Positions 1 through 10,729 of a stretch of 64,000 bases of DNA are shown in pieces; position 1 is the stretch's first letter, and each line of letters starts with the position of its first letter. The notes beneath the pieces are model-generated. The model was not told the DNA's origin, did no database searches, and saw only the letters and a program-made list of their open reading frames with translations. This DNA comes from Squalus acanthias (lineage: Eukaryota). The translations under genes and the position numbers were made by a program. Location of the stretch: positions 129,334,001-129,398,000 of the forward strand of contig CM059431.1 in the NCBI GenBank assembly GCA_030390025.1, written 5' to 3'.

Positions 1-21
1 TCCGAATCGAATTTCTAGGCC
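1..21. mobile_element. Right terminus (TIR) of a Harbinger-type MITE running off the window edge
   Basis: CGAATTTCTAGGCC is the reverse complement of the GGCCTAGAAATTCG TIR seen at 55275. Confidence 0.55.
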
Positions 22-2434
22 ATAGTTTTTTTTTAAATTCTTATCAACAGCTAGCATTGATGTGAACTTTATTCCTGTATTCAAGACGAAAGGCACAGAA
101 AACGAATGTGTAAGCAAGCCACATAATTTGGCCTGTGAGCATCAAACTAAAGAAAAAAGGTGTGAAATTACTAAGTACACAGAGTCTCACACTCTCAAGG
201 AGATTAGAAACAATAGAGACAATTTTAACTGTGGCTGCCTGGAAGAATAGGCCAGTAGCAGCTCGAGGATGTCATCGGCTCCCTTACTGCCCTCTTTATG
301 TTGGCAGATGGTTTCCATCCCAGGGTTTTGAAGGAAGTAGGTGAGCACATTGCAGATACCCTAACTATAATATTCCAAAGTTCTCTCGATTCAGGAACAG
401 TTCCTTTAAATTGGAAAATTGCTCATGTCACTCTGCTATTTAAGAATGGCGAGAGAGGGAAACCAGGAAATTATAGACCAGTTAGCCTTAACATCTGTTG
501 TCGGAAAATTGCTGGAGTCTATAATTAAGGATAGGATGACTGAACACCTCGAAAATTTTCAGTTGATCAGAGAGAGCCAGCATGGATTGTAAAAGGTAGG
601 TCATGCCTGACAAACCTGATTGAATTTTTTCAGGAGGTGACTAAATTAGTGGACAGGGGAATGTCTATGGATGTTATTTATACAGACTTCCAGCAGGCAT
701 TTGATAAAGTCCCACATAAGAGACTGTTAACTAAGGTAGAAGCCCATGGAATTAAGGTCAAATTATTGAACTGGTTAGGAAATTGGCTGAGCGGCAGGAG
801 ACAGAGTGTAAAGTTTCGCAATTATCGCGATTCAAAATAATAAGAGAGAAGCAGATTCGTTTGATCAGTTTTATTAAACGAAATGCTGTCCTGATAATAA
901 AGGACACAGAAGCCTGTAAAATGGCCGCCGAGCATCGTGGCAGAAGCTTCCAGAAACACAGTGGGCAGACAAGATGGCGTCGAATATACATTTAGTATAA
1001 GATTGGATCATACTCGGTAAACACTGATAAAGACAGGATGCAACCCGTTTGCATTTGGAACAATAGCAAAGATATAAGTGCTGGAATCGTTTTCCTATGC
1101 ACAGAAAGGATCATTGTACTGGGCAACCGAAGGCCCATCCAGACACATCAATACACAAATAACCCCCCGGCTCTACAATGAGAGAGACATTGACGGGTGA
1201 TTAAGCAAGTATTGGGGGGGCCCCAAAACCAGTCAGGGAGACGATTCATACACATCCTGGCTGGTCCAACAATGGGGAAAACATTAACGGATAGTTGGCC
1301 AGTCTCAGGTGCTACCGAAACCCGTTAAGGAAGATAAACGCCCCATGCTGGGAGTTTTGAGCGCCAATATTACACAAAGCACAAACATTAAGATTTGAGC
1401 GGGCGATAAGCGGACACATCACTATAATTATAGAGAACAAATGTCCATCGGTCTCTTATTCTCTTATCTCTCGGCGGACCCTTGCTGAAGCTCTTCCTTA
1501 GGGCTGGACTTTGTGTTTCTCTGGACTTTGTTGACTCTTGACTCTTAGCCGTACTGGTCGGTTATGCGAGTGTTGGGTGGAGCTCAATCGGAACGAGCCA
1601 CCCCGACAAGGGCAAGTAACAGGGTACACCATCCCGAGTGTCGGTAAACGGTGTCTGGACCCGGAGGCCCGAAGAGACGAGACGAGACGAGAAGAAGAGG
1701 AGAAGAATCCACGTGCCGCCACGGTCAGTAAACCCCGACCGCGCCCTAAAATATAAATAAAGAACTTTTCTTTGAGTTCTACCGACAACCTGTATCGAGC
1801 ACAGGAAGACTCTTCTTTGAACTGTGTCTGAGGTCCGTCGAGTTCTTCATGACAACAGGGAGTCTGGCCTGCTTTTCGCAGCAGCGAAAGTAAACAAGTG
1901 GGGTGCAGAGACCCTTCCAAACACGTGACAGTCAGGCGCTGCAGCGAAACGAGCCGAGTGCCTCACTTTAAAAATCTCCGAAGTAACACGAGTGGTGAGC
2001 ATGTTTTCCGATCCTACAAATCTAGACGTAGTGTAGGTATTGTTAAGGGAGGGTGGTTTTTAAGGTTAAGATATAATGGGGTAGAAATTAGGTCGCGTCC
2101 CATTTGGGGCGCAAATATCGTCCGCGCGCAAATATTAGCGCCTGGCGCTAATTATCGGCACTGACAGGAAACTTCACTTTTACCGCCCCGGGAGGTGAGT
2201 GGAGCGCTAAATTAGGCGCTGCACACCTCTCTTAAGGCGCAAAGGCCTAGGAGTGAGGCGCTACCTCAGCGCACGAGCGCAGCGCAGCTGCTGCCAGTTA
2301 GCGAGGGAACACAGACACACTGGCGCTGGACACTTCTTAAAGCGGGGGGGGCCACTTGCTCCCCAGCCACACCCTGCTCATTGCAGCCTTGAATCTCAGC
2401 CTGGAGAGACCTGTAATCCATTTTGCTGCCAAGC

Positions 2435-4290
2435 ATGGAGAGGGTGAGAGAACGCGCTCATCGCTTCACCGAGCGGGCCTTGGATGCTCTGGTTGACGCA
2501 GTGGAGCGCAGACGATGCATGCTGTTCCCGGAGAGTGGCAGGAGGCCTTTGCCACGCGAGTTCAGAAGAGTGTGGAGGGAGGTGGCTCAGAGCGTCTCCT
2601 CCAGGAGCATGGTGCCCAGGACCCATGTTCAGTGCCGCAAAAAGTTCAACGACCTCACTCGGGTCGTCAGGGTGAGTGGCTTTTTCTCAATACCTCTCCA
2701 TCCCTCCATCTCAACCTCACTCTATGGCCAGAGGGTCTTAAAACCCCAATGCACAACACTCATGCAACACCTATGGCCCTTTCATCAAACACACACACAC
2801 ATTCCACACTTTGCATACAGTAAGGGCTATTCACCTATGGGAGGCACATCAGGCAAGACCATGGCTGTATATTGACTCAGATGCTGTCCTTTTTCTTGCA
2901 GGCTAAGCTGGCTCATAATCGGAGACAGCAGCAACGGACGGGTGGAGGGTGGCTTCAGCTGCAACCCCTCAGCGATCTGGAGGAGCGCGTCCACAGGATT
3001 GTGGCAAGCCGGGTGATCGGTCCCGTCGCCACTGGAGACGCCGACCCCGTTGTGGACAGCAATGGTAAGGTCATCACCTTTTTGTCCTCTGTCCTTCCAC
3101 TTGTCCCTCACAATACCAGCCTTTGACACTTTCAATCCAACTTGCTAACTCGCTGCACTTATTCCTCCCTTACTGCCACCCTGTCCTCACGCTAAAGCCA
3201 CTCTTGTACCTCCCTGCTTTCAGATGGTGATTCACCAGCTGAGGAGATGGTCCCTGAAGCTGCCACTGGGAGTGATGCTGCAGCTGAGGAGGAAGAGGAA
3301 GCCGGAGCATCAGTGCCACCCTCTCCCGAGGAAGCCCATGGCCACACTGGGAACACGCCTTCCCCGGAGGGGAGCAGGGGGGAAGGGGCTGATGATGGTG
3401 AAGTTCCAGGACCCAGCGGGCTGCAGCAACGCCATTGGGGGGGGAGGGAAGAACGGGGGAGCAGGGGGGAAGGGGCTGATGATGGTGAAGCTCCAGGACC
3501 CAGCGGGCTGCAGCCACGCCATGGGGGGGGGAGGGAAGAACGGGAGCCTTCTCCCCAGAGGGAGAGTATGCCAGACACTCCTAATGCAATGGACGCAGAG
3601 GAGGAGCGGCTGATTGCAGAAATGAACAGCCAGGCGGTGGGCATGCACACTGAGCTCATGGGTGCAGTGGGAAGGGTGCCCGAATGCATTGAGGCACTGG
3701 CAAGGAGTGTGGAGCACTTCGCTGTAGCACAGGCGGATGCCACACTAAAGCTTAGTGCTGCAATTCAGTCACTGGCTGCCAGGAACCCATCTGAGACTGC
3801 TCTCATGCAGACTCAGATTGAGGCCACGCGAGCACTGACTGCTGCCATCCTTGATGGTTCGTGCACATGTCCCCGGGGCTGTCACCGCGCCGCAGCAGGC
3901 CAGCAATCTGTTCTCCGGCAAATTGCTCCGGATGCTGAAGTGCTGCCCCGTGGGAGTGCCAGTGTGTCGGGCGAGCAGGGAGTTGCTGTCCTCTCTCACG
4001 ATGACAGCATTCCTGCTGCCAACACTGTCACTTCTCCACTGCACTTGCCACCGCCTGTAGGACAGACTGCTGCCGCCCATGCAGAGTTGGTGCAGTCTGC
4101 AGCCGGGCCCTCCAGGCCCAGAAGTGGTCGAGGCCGTCCTTCAGGGGCATCTGCAGTGTCAGGGTCTGACAAGCAGCAGCCTTCCACCAGCCTTGCTGCA
4201 GCCACTGAGGTCCCATTACGGAGGAGCAGTAGGGTTAGAAGGGGGGAAGTGCGCAAGGGAAGGAGATCACCCTCGAAGGGCAAAAAGTAG
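2435..4290 (+). CDS. Myb/SANT-like DNA-binding partner protein of Harbinger (NAIF1/MSANTD-like); exons 2435-2671, 2902-3064, 3224-4290; ~488 aa
   Basis: RFTERALDALVDAVERRR...WREVAQSVSS...RTHVQCRKKFNDL; donors GTGAGT (2672) and GTAAGG (3065), acceptors TTTTCTTGCAG and TGCTTTCAG; spliced phases give one open frame (1467 nt) joining ORFs 2423, 2872 and 3247. Confidence 0.9.
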
Positions 4291-4584
4291 GAGGTGTGCC
4301 AAAATGCTGGTCATTTTTTTATTAAAGGCCGAGGTTCATGGCCCAACTTTTGTTTAGTGTTTTGGACATTATCTCCAGGTTGTGAGAACCAGTTATGTTA
4401 TTGACTGTTTTTTTGTGTTTATTTCTATGAGTTTGTCATGAGGAATTGACACACACAGAGTTTGTACAATAAATAAGTTTCTGTATTCAAAATATACATG
4501 GCTGGTGGTTGGAATTATTGGTGCCTTGGCCGGCTTAGGGGTTGCGTGCTGGGTTGATTCGTGTTTGTAGCACTGGCAGGGGCC

Positions 4585-5745
4585 CTAGAAGCGACTTGCT
4601 ATTAGTCGTTGACGGACGGCCCTTGCAGTTTGACCATTGTGGGCCGCCCTCCTGCCTTGGTGCTGCTGCTGATCATCGTCCTCGGCCTGTTCCTCCTCTT
4701 CCTCCTCCTCCTCTTGTGGTGCTGCAAGGCCTGGTGGCATTGGCTGCGTCCTGAGGATTGCCATGTTGTGCAACATGCAGCACACCACTACGAATTTGGA
4801 AACTTGCTCAGGCGAGTACTGCAGGGCTCCTCCGGAATGGTCCAGACAGCGGAATCGTTGTTTGAGCACGCCGATTGTGCGCTCAATAATGTTCCTGGTT
4901 GCTTGTTGGCTTTCCTGGTACCGCAGCTCAGCAGGGGTGTTTGGCGCACGGAGCGGTGTCATCAGCCAGGTGCTCAATGCGTACCCCTTGTCCCCCAGAA
5001 GCCAACCAACTGGCTGATGCGGTGCCTCGAAAATTTCTGCCACAGTACTCTGGCGCAGGATGAAAGCATCGTGGCAGCTGCCCGGATAGTGGGCATTGAC
5101 AGCGAGAATCACCTGTCTGTGGTCACAGACCAACTGCACATTCAAGGAATGGAACCCCTTTCTGTTCCGGAACTCCTCTGCATTCTCTCGCGGAGCACGC
5201 AAAGCCACATGCGTGCAGTCAATGGCGCCCTGCACCATGGGGAAGCCCGCTACCCTCGCAAAGCCCATAGCACGGTCATGCTGCTTGTCTGGGGTCATAG
5301 GGAAGGAGATGAAGTCTCGTCTCCTTGTGAAGAGGGCATTGGTGACCTGCCGGATGCAGCGATGCACCGCAAACTGGGAGATATTGGCGAGGTCCCCAAC
5401 AGCAGCTTGGAATGAGCCAGTGGCGTAGAAGTTCAAGGCCACTGTGACCTTCACTGCCACCGACAGAGACGTCCTGGACCTCAGCTGAGGCTGCAGATCT
5501 GGCTGCAGCAGGTGGCAGAGCTCAGTGACCACCTCCTTGCTGAATCGCAGCCTTCGCAAACACAGCTCCTCGGACATGTGGATGTAGGAGAGCTGTTCAC
5601 GATATACCCTGGGAGGGTAAGCTCTCCTGTACATGCGCCTGATGGCCCTCCTCCGTCTGGCCATCATTGCCACTCTCTGTCTGCGTCTCACTATCCTCCG
5701 ATTGAGCTGGAGCAGGACGACGCCCCCAATCATTGCAGCCCCCAT
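4585..5745 (-). CDS. Harbinger DDE transposase (HARBI1-like, DDE_Tnp_4 type), 386 aa, intact
   Basis: GAIDCTHV, NRKGFHSLNVQLVCD, YPGSCHDAFI, WLLGDKGY, RNIIERTIGVLKQRFRCL, CCMLHN; no stops or frameshifts. Confidence 0.96.
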   Translation of the reverse strand: MGAAMIGGVVLLQLNRRIVRRRQRVAMMARRRRAIRRMYRRAYPPRVYREQLSYIHMSEELCLRRLRFSKEVVTELCHLLQPDLQPQLRSRTSLSVAVKVTVALNFYATGSFQAAVGDLANISQFAVHRCIRQVTNALFTRRRDFISFPMTPDKQHDRAMGFARVAGFPMVQGAIDCTHVALRAPRENAEEFRNRKGFHSLNVQLVCDHRQVILAVNAHYPGSCHDAFILRQSTVAEIFEAPHQPVGWLLGDKGYALSTWLMTPLRAPNTPAELRYQESQQATRNIIERTIGVLKQRFRCLDHSGGALQYSPEQVSKFVVVCCMLHNMAILRTQPMPPGLAAPQEEEEEEEEQAEDDDQQQHQGRRAAHNGQTARAVRQRLIASRF

Positions 5746-5849
5746 ATTCTCTTTGCCAGAAAAGTAATGAGGTACAGCAACGAAAGTAGCAGCAAAGTTA
5801 GGATGAACTAGGCAAAACTACCTCACAAAGCGTTGAGTCAATGTAGAAG

Positions 5850-5887
5850 TCTCTCTCTCTCTCTCTCCGAATCTCTCTCTCTCTCTC
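5850..5887. repeat. (CT)n microsatellite in the transposase leader
   Basis: Interrupted CT run; shorter versions in both family A MITEs. Confidence 0.8.
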
Positions 5888-8406
5888 AGAACGAGTGGTG
5901 CATAAATGTCGACCACAGAAAAAGACAAGAAGAGGCCCCCTTTAAATAGCGCCCCCCCCCAGCCCCACACCGATTGATAACGTTCCAGTCTTCCGGTCGT
6001 TGGAAGCGCCAGGCGGTAAGGCAGGGGGCGCCACTCAATTTCCGCTCCGGGGCGCCCCAAGGGCGTTGCACCACGGAATGACGTCACAATCTGCGCGCGC
6101 AGGTGGTCGCAGCGGTAAGTTTTAGCGCCGCCGCACAATCTCAAGTTAAGTTCTCGAGCGGCGCAAACAGCGCTGCGCCCGGGCGTTAGCGCCTTAACGC
6201 CCCATTAGCCCCCTTTTAAGGCGCTAACGGGAGGCGCAACCAACTGAATTTTTACCCCAATGTGTTCCCCTTTCTATGATGTGTCGTGTGTTCTCCATTT
6301 CCATAGACCAAGCTTTATGAATGTATGTATACTTGTACTCTCTTTGATTTGCGCCTATGATATATATTTCATGATTTTAGACGTCATGCAATAAAGATTT
6401 CCATTTCGTACTATTCAACCGGGTCTATTTGAGTTTTTCTCTGCATTACTGCTCCCTGCATCTAAGTCCAGTGTTAGAACCGTAAGGGCGAGTGGGTCTA
6501 ACCACTCACAGGTGCTTATTGCAAAAAGGCTGGCCGGAGACCAGAGCAAGCAATAGTATTAGGCAACGAAGGCCTAACCTCGCACCAGCACCGTCTGAGA
6601 CAAGCCCCCTTACAAGAGAGTAGGGATAATGGGTAGGTACTCAAATTGGCAGGATGTGACTAGTGGTGTCCCACAGGGATCTGTGTTGGGGCCTCAACTA
6701 TTCACAGTATTTATTAACAACTCAGATGATGGCATAGAAAGTCATATGTCCAAATTTGCCGATGACACAAAGATAGAGGCCAGAATTTTGCCGTCGCTCC
6801 GCGGACAGGGTGGGTGGTGAATCAGCTGTTAAATTTAAAATGATTGACAGTGGGTCGGGAACCCGCTGTCAAAACGTGCAAACTGGACTTTCCTGATGTC
6901 GGGTCTGCCAGCGCTGAGCAGAAGACCCGACAGGCAGCAGCGGGGGAGGCAATTAAAATCATTAGTGGCTTGTTTACAGCCACTTATCAATGGTTTTTTC
7001 CCAGCTTTTTGGATTTGACAGGTCACCCACCAATTTCCCGCTATGCGTAGACCTCGTCTGTGAGGCTAAGGCGGGAGGTCAGTGGTCATTGAATCAGCTG
7101 ATGAGTTGACAGCTTCAAATGTCAAGTCAAAGCTCCCAGCTGATTGAGAAATGTTCCCTTAACCACTAGTTTCTCTAAACTGCATTTCCACTACAGATTC
7201 AGGATGTTGCAAGTCTTTACACAAGGTCCAGTCTGACCTCATTACCTCTCCCACCATTGACAGATCACTTCTGTCATCTCTACTTTACCTGCCATCTATT
7301 CCATCAGCATGCGTGCCCTTGAAACTCTCTCACATTGGTCCTCAGAATCCCACCATGATCAGTCCCAACACCAGCATCACCAGGCAGACCAGCAACACTA
7401 ACAACCACACCAACCTTCTCTGCAATCACCTGATGCTGCACAGGACACAGGGCATCAGCACCCAACCACATTGCTGCTTGGGAGGCCAGCAATGGTCTCA
7501 CCATGGCCAGATTTACTTCACTTGATGCTGTACACACTGGCTGCCACATGATGCGCCAGGTTGGCACCACCCCACACCAACATCATAAAACATCCCTACA
7601 ATGTCCAAGCCATTCCTTTCACACTTATCACCATTGCGGGGGGTACTGTTATGTCTCACTATTCACTGCAGCTCACTAAGCCACTTCCAAAGGTGCACAC
7701 AAATCTGTCCGCGAATGTAAAGTGTTGTAAATCAAGGTTTCAATGTTTTACACCACATTAACAGAAACTTTACATGAACATTGCATAAAACACCCAAGAC
7801 CCTACACTTGTATGTTGTTAGTTGGTATGATTGCACTAGGATGAGGGTGAATGTGAGGAGTGGCTAGTGAGATGGGGATGTGATAATGTAGATAGAGAGG
7901 GATGGGTGGAGGTGCAAGGTAAGTGGGTGAGTAAGGATTTGCAGGACTAGGATAAGGGTGAGGTGAGTGGTGGCTAGTGAGATGCAGAAGTGATAATGTG
8001 ATGGGGATGTGATGAGTGGCACAGCAGGATGAGGTTGAGTGTGGCTTCGTACTAACATTTCATGATCGACTGAGATCATTGAAACGTTTGCGGCACTACA
8101 CCCAGGTCCTCCCGATCACATCCCTGCTTGTGCCCTCCTCTGCAATGTGCAACCAGGCTGTGTTGATCTCCTGAGGAGGTCTCTTCCGCCCATAGGAAGG
8201 GAAGAAGACCTCCCTGCGTGCTGTGACTCCCTCCATCAGCATATGGAGGGAGTCATGGGAGAGCCTGGGTGCAGCCCTGCACCTCTGTGCAGTCATTGTC
8301 AGTGTTTGCAGCACCTCAATGCTGTAGTGCACTGACAGCACAAATGTCAAAAGAAAGTTGAGAGGTCGCACAACACCAGGTTATAGTCCAACAGTTTTAT
8401 TTGAAA

Positions 8407-8449
8407 TCACAAGCTTTCGGAGCTATCGATTTGCTCCTTCCTCAGGTGA
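8407..8449 (-). ncRNA. Minimal hammerhead ribozyme motif in Penelope pLTR
   Basis: Minus strand UCAC-CUGAGGA-A-GGAGC..GCUCC-GAAA-GCUU-GUGA: core, stem II, palindromic AAGCUU, stem I UCAC/GUGA. Confidence 0.75.
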
Positions 8450-9498
8450 AGTAAATTAGATACAGAATCTCCAAAGCATATATAGATGGAAAACAAAGCA
8501 TGTGTACTTTACAATTGCAGACCAATAAATTAAATCATCCTGACTATCTGCCGAGGTGTGATAAAGTTAATTAAGTCAGCCAGGAAGGTACCACATCAAA
8601 GACATAGCAAGATACAACTGAGACAATGAGGTGTAGTGGCAGGGGTTCTAACGTGTCAAAAGCTGCCGTCTGTATGTAAAACGAAAAGCTTTAACATTTT
8701 TTTACTTTTTTACTGGGAAAATTTTTACTTTTTTACTGGGAATCACATCTGTGAACAAGCTAACGACGACTCGAGTCCGGATCACGTCATGTATCGTGAC
8801 ATAAACCCAAGATCCCGATTGAGACCGTCTTCATGAGTGCGGAACTTGGCTATCAGTTTCTGCTCGATGATTTTGCGTTGTCGTGTGTTTCTAAGGTTGC
8901 CTTGGAGAACGCTTACCCGCAGATCCGAGGCTGAATGTCCTTGACTGCTGAAGTGTTCCCCGACTGGGAGGTAACAATCGCCAGGCAGGATTGTTACCTC
9001 CCAGTCGGGGAACACTTCAGCAGTCAAGGACATTCAGCCTCGGATCTGCGGGTAAGCGTTCTCCAAGGCGACCTTAGGAAAACACGACAACGCAAAATCA
9101 TCGAGCAGAAACTGATAGCCAAGTTCCGCACTCATGAAGACGGTCTCAATCGGGATCTTGGGTTTATGTCACGATACATGACGTGATCCGGACTCGAGTC
9201 GTCGTTGGCTTGTTCACAGATGTGATTCCCAGTAAAAAAGTAAATTTTTTTTAAAGTTAATCGTTTTACATACAGACGGCAGCTTTTGACACGTTCGACC
9301 CCATGCGATTCCACCTCATTGTCTCAGTTGTATCTTGCTATGTCTTTGATGTGGCACCTTCCTGGCTGACCTGATTAACTTTATCACACCTCGGCAGATA
9401 AACAGTCAGGATGATTGAATTCAGTTGTCTGCAATTGTAAGTTACACATGCTTTGTTCTCTATCTATATATGCTTTGACGATTCTGTATCTCCTCACT

Positions 9499-9536
9499 TC
9501 ACCCGACGAAGGAGTTTTAACTCCGAAAGCTTGTGA
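9499..9536 (+). ncRNA. Minimal hammerhead motif (variant core CCGACGA)
   Basis: UCAC-CCGACGA-A-GGAGUU..AACUCC-GAAA-GCUU-GUGA. Confidence 0.6.
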
Positions 9537-10145
9537 TTTAAAATAAAACTGTTGGACTATAACCTGGTGTTGTGTGACCTCTCAATTTTGTCCACCCCAG
9601 TCCAACACCGGCATCTCCGCATCATGCCCTTTAAGAAAACCAGCTGATGACGCGTCATCAAATGACATCACGAGACCCGCTTCCTCTAATTGGCCGGGAA
9701 ACGCGCTGGGTAGGCTTAACAAGCCCAATCAAGGTAAATTCATTCTACAGAAAAGGGCTCGAGCCAGCAGCGGGGTCAGGACCAGCCACCGAAGTCACCT
9801 GCCACGGACCCACCAAGGTTCGTAAAATCGCGGCCAACGGCATCGTAGGCAGTGTAGATGAAAGCATAAAATGACAAAGGGATATCGATAGATTCAGTGA
9901 ATGGGCAAAACTGTGGCAAATGGATTTCAATGTAGGCAAAGGTGAGGTCATCCACTTTGAACTTAAAAAGGATAGAACAGGGTACTTTCTAAATGGTGAA
10001 AAGCTAAAAACAGTGGAGGTCCAAAGAGACTTGGGGTCCAGGTACATAGATTATTAAAATGTCATGAACAGGTACAGAAAAATAATCAAAAAGGCTAATG
10101 GAATGCTGGCTTTTATATCTAGAGGACTAGAATACAAGGGGGTAG

Positions 10146-10368
10146 AACATAAGAACATAAGAAGTAGGAGCAGGAGTCGGCCATACGACCCTTCGGGCCT
10201 GCTCCGCCATTCAATAGGATCATGGCTGATCCGAACCTAGACTCACGTCCACTTCCCTGCCCGCTCCCCATAACCCTTAATTCCCTCATCAGCTAGGAAA
10301 CTGTCTATCTCCGTTTTAAATTTATTTAATGTCGCAGCTTCCACAGCTCTCTGAGGTAGCAAATTCCA
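10146..10368 (-). mobile_element. CR1 3'-end fragment inserted antisense into the host CR1
   Basis: (AACATAAG)n tail followed by GTAGGAGCAGGAG. Confidence 0.8.
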
Positions 10369-10729
10369 TAGGAGTTGTGCTGCAGCTATACAAATCCCTG
10401 GTTAGACCAGACCTGGAGTACTGTGAGCAGTTCTGGGCACCACACATTAGGAAGGATATATTGGCCTTGGAGGGAGTGCAGTGTAGATTTACCAGAATGA
10501 CAAGGGTTAAGTTACAAGGAGAGATTATACAAATTAGGGTTGTATTCCCTAGAATTTAGAAGGTTAAGGGGTGATCTGATCGAAGTTTTCAAGATATTAA
10601 GGGCAACAGATAGGGTAGACAGAGAGAAACTATTTCCACTGATTGGGGATTCTAGAACTAGGGGGCATAGTCTAAAAATTAGAGCCAGACATTTCAAGAG
10701 TGAAATTAGGAAACACTTCTACACACAGA

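Larger units (their letters stand above)
2078..6258. mobile_element. Full-length PIF/Harbinger DNA transposon (family A), apparently intact
   Basis: TIRs GGGGTAGAAATT / AATTTTTACCCC; TSD AAT at 2075-2077 and 6259-6261; two convergent intact genes; CpG-rich ends. Confidence 0.95.
807..6614 (+). mobile_element. Solo-LTR-like element (~1.6 kb once the Harbinger is removed: 807-2077 plus 6259-6614)
   Basis: TGTAA...TTACA termini; AGAG duplicated at 803-806 and 6615-6618, restoring CR1 GACAGAGAGTAGGG; AATAAA near 6390; no internal gag/pol. Confidence 0.75.
8353..9625. mobile_element. Penelope-like element, 5'-truncated and arranged as an inverted repeat centred at 8984
   Basis: Mirror ORFs 8782-9033(-) and 8935-9186(+) encode a GIY-YIG-type C-terminus (LPVGEHFSSQGH...EQKLIAKFRTHEDGLNRD); pLTR on both arms; extra tail on right arm. 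Confidence 0.9.
6778..9835 (-). mobile_element. Non-autonomous Harbinger (family B, ~1.8 kb plus Penelope insert) retaining degenerate Myb exon 1
   Basis: TIRs GGCCAGAATTTT / AAAATCGCGGCC; interrupts CR1 after KFADDTKI; exon 1 remnant AAPRLSHDSLHMLMEGV; colinear with 41091-43864 and 51416-53196; TSD unclear. Confidence 0.85.

Noticed and set aside
1498..1920. ORFs within the LTR-like element as gag or accessory genes
   Set aside because: Low-complexity translations with no retroviral motifs
4609..5415. 268-aa plus-strand ORF
   Set aside because: Antisense shadow of the GC-rich transposase with no motifs
4585..5745. Host gene HARBI1 (and NAIF1 for the Myb ORF)
   Set aside because: Enclosed by TIRs and a TSD inside other repeats, with decayed paralogues nearby; a transposon, not the domesticated gene
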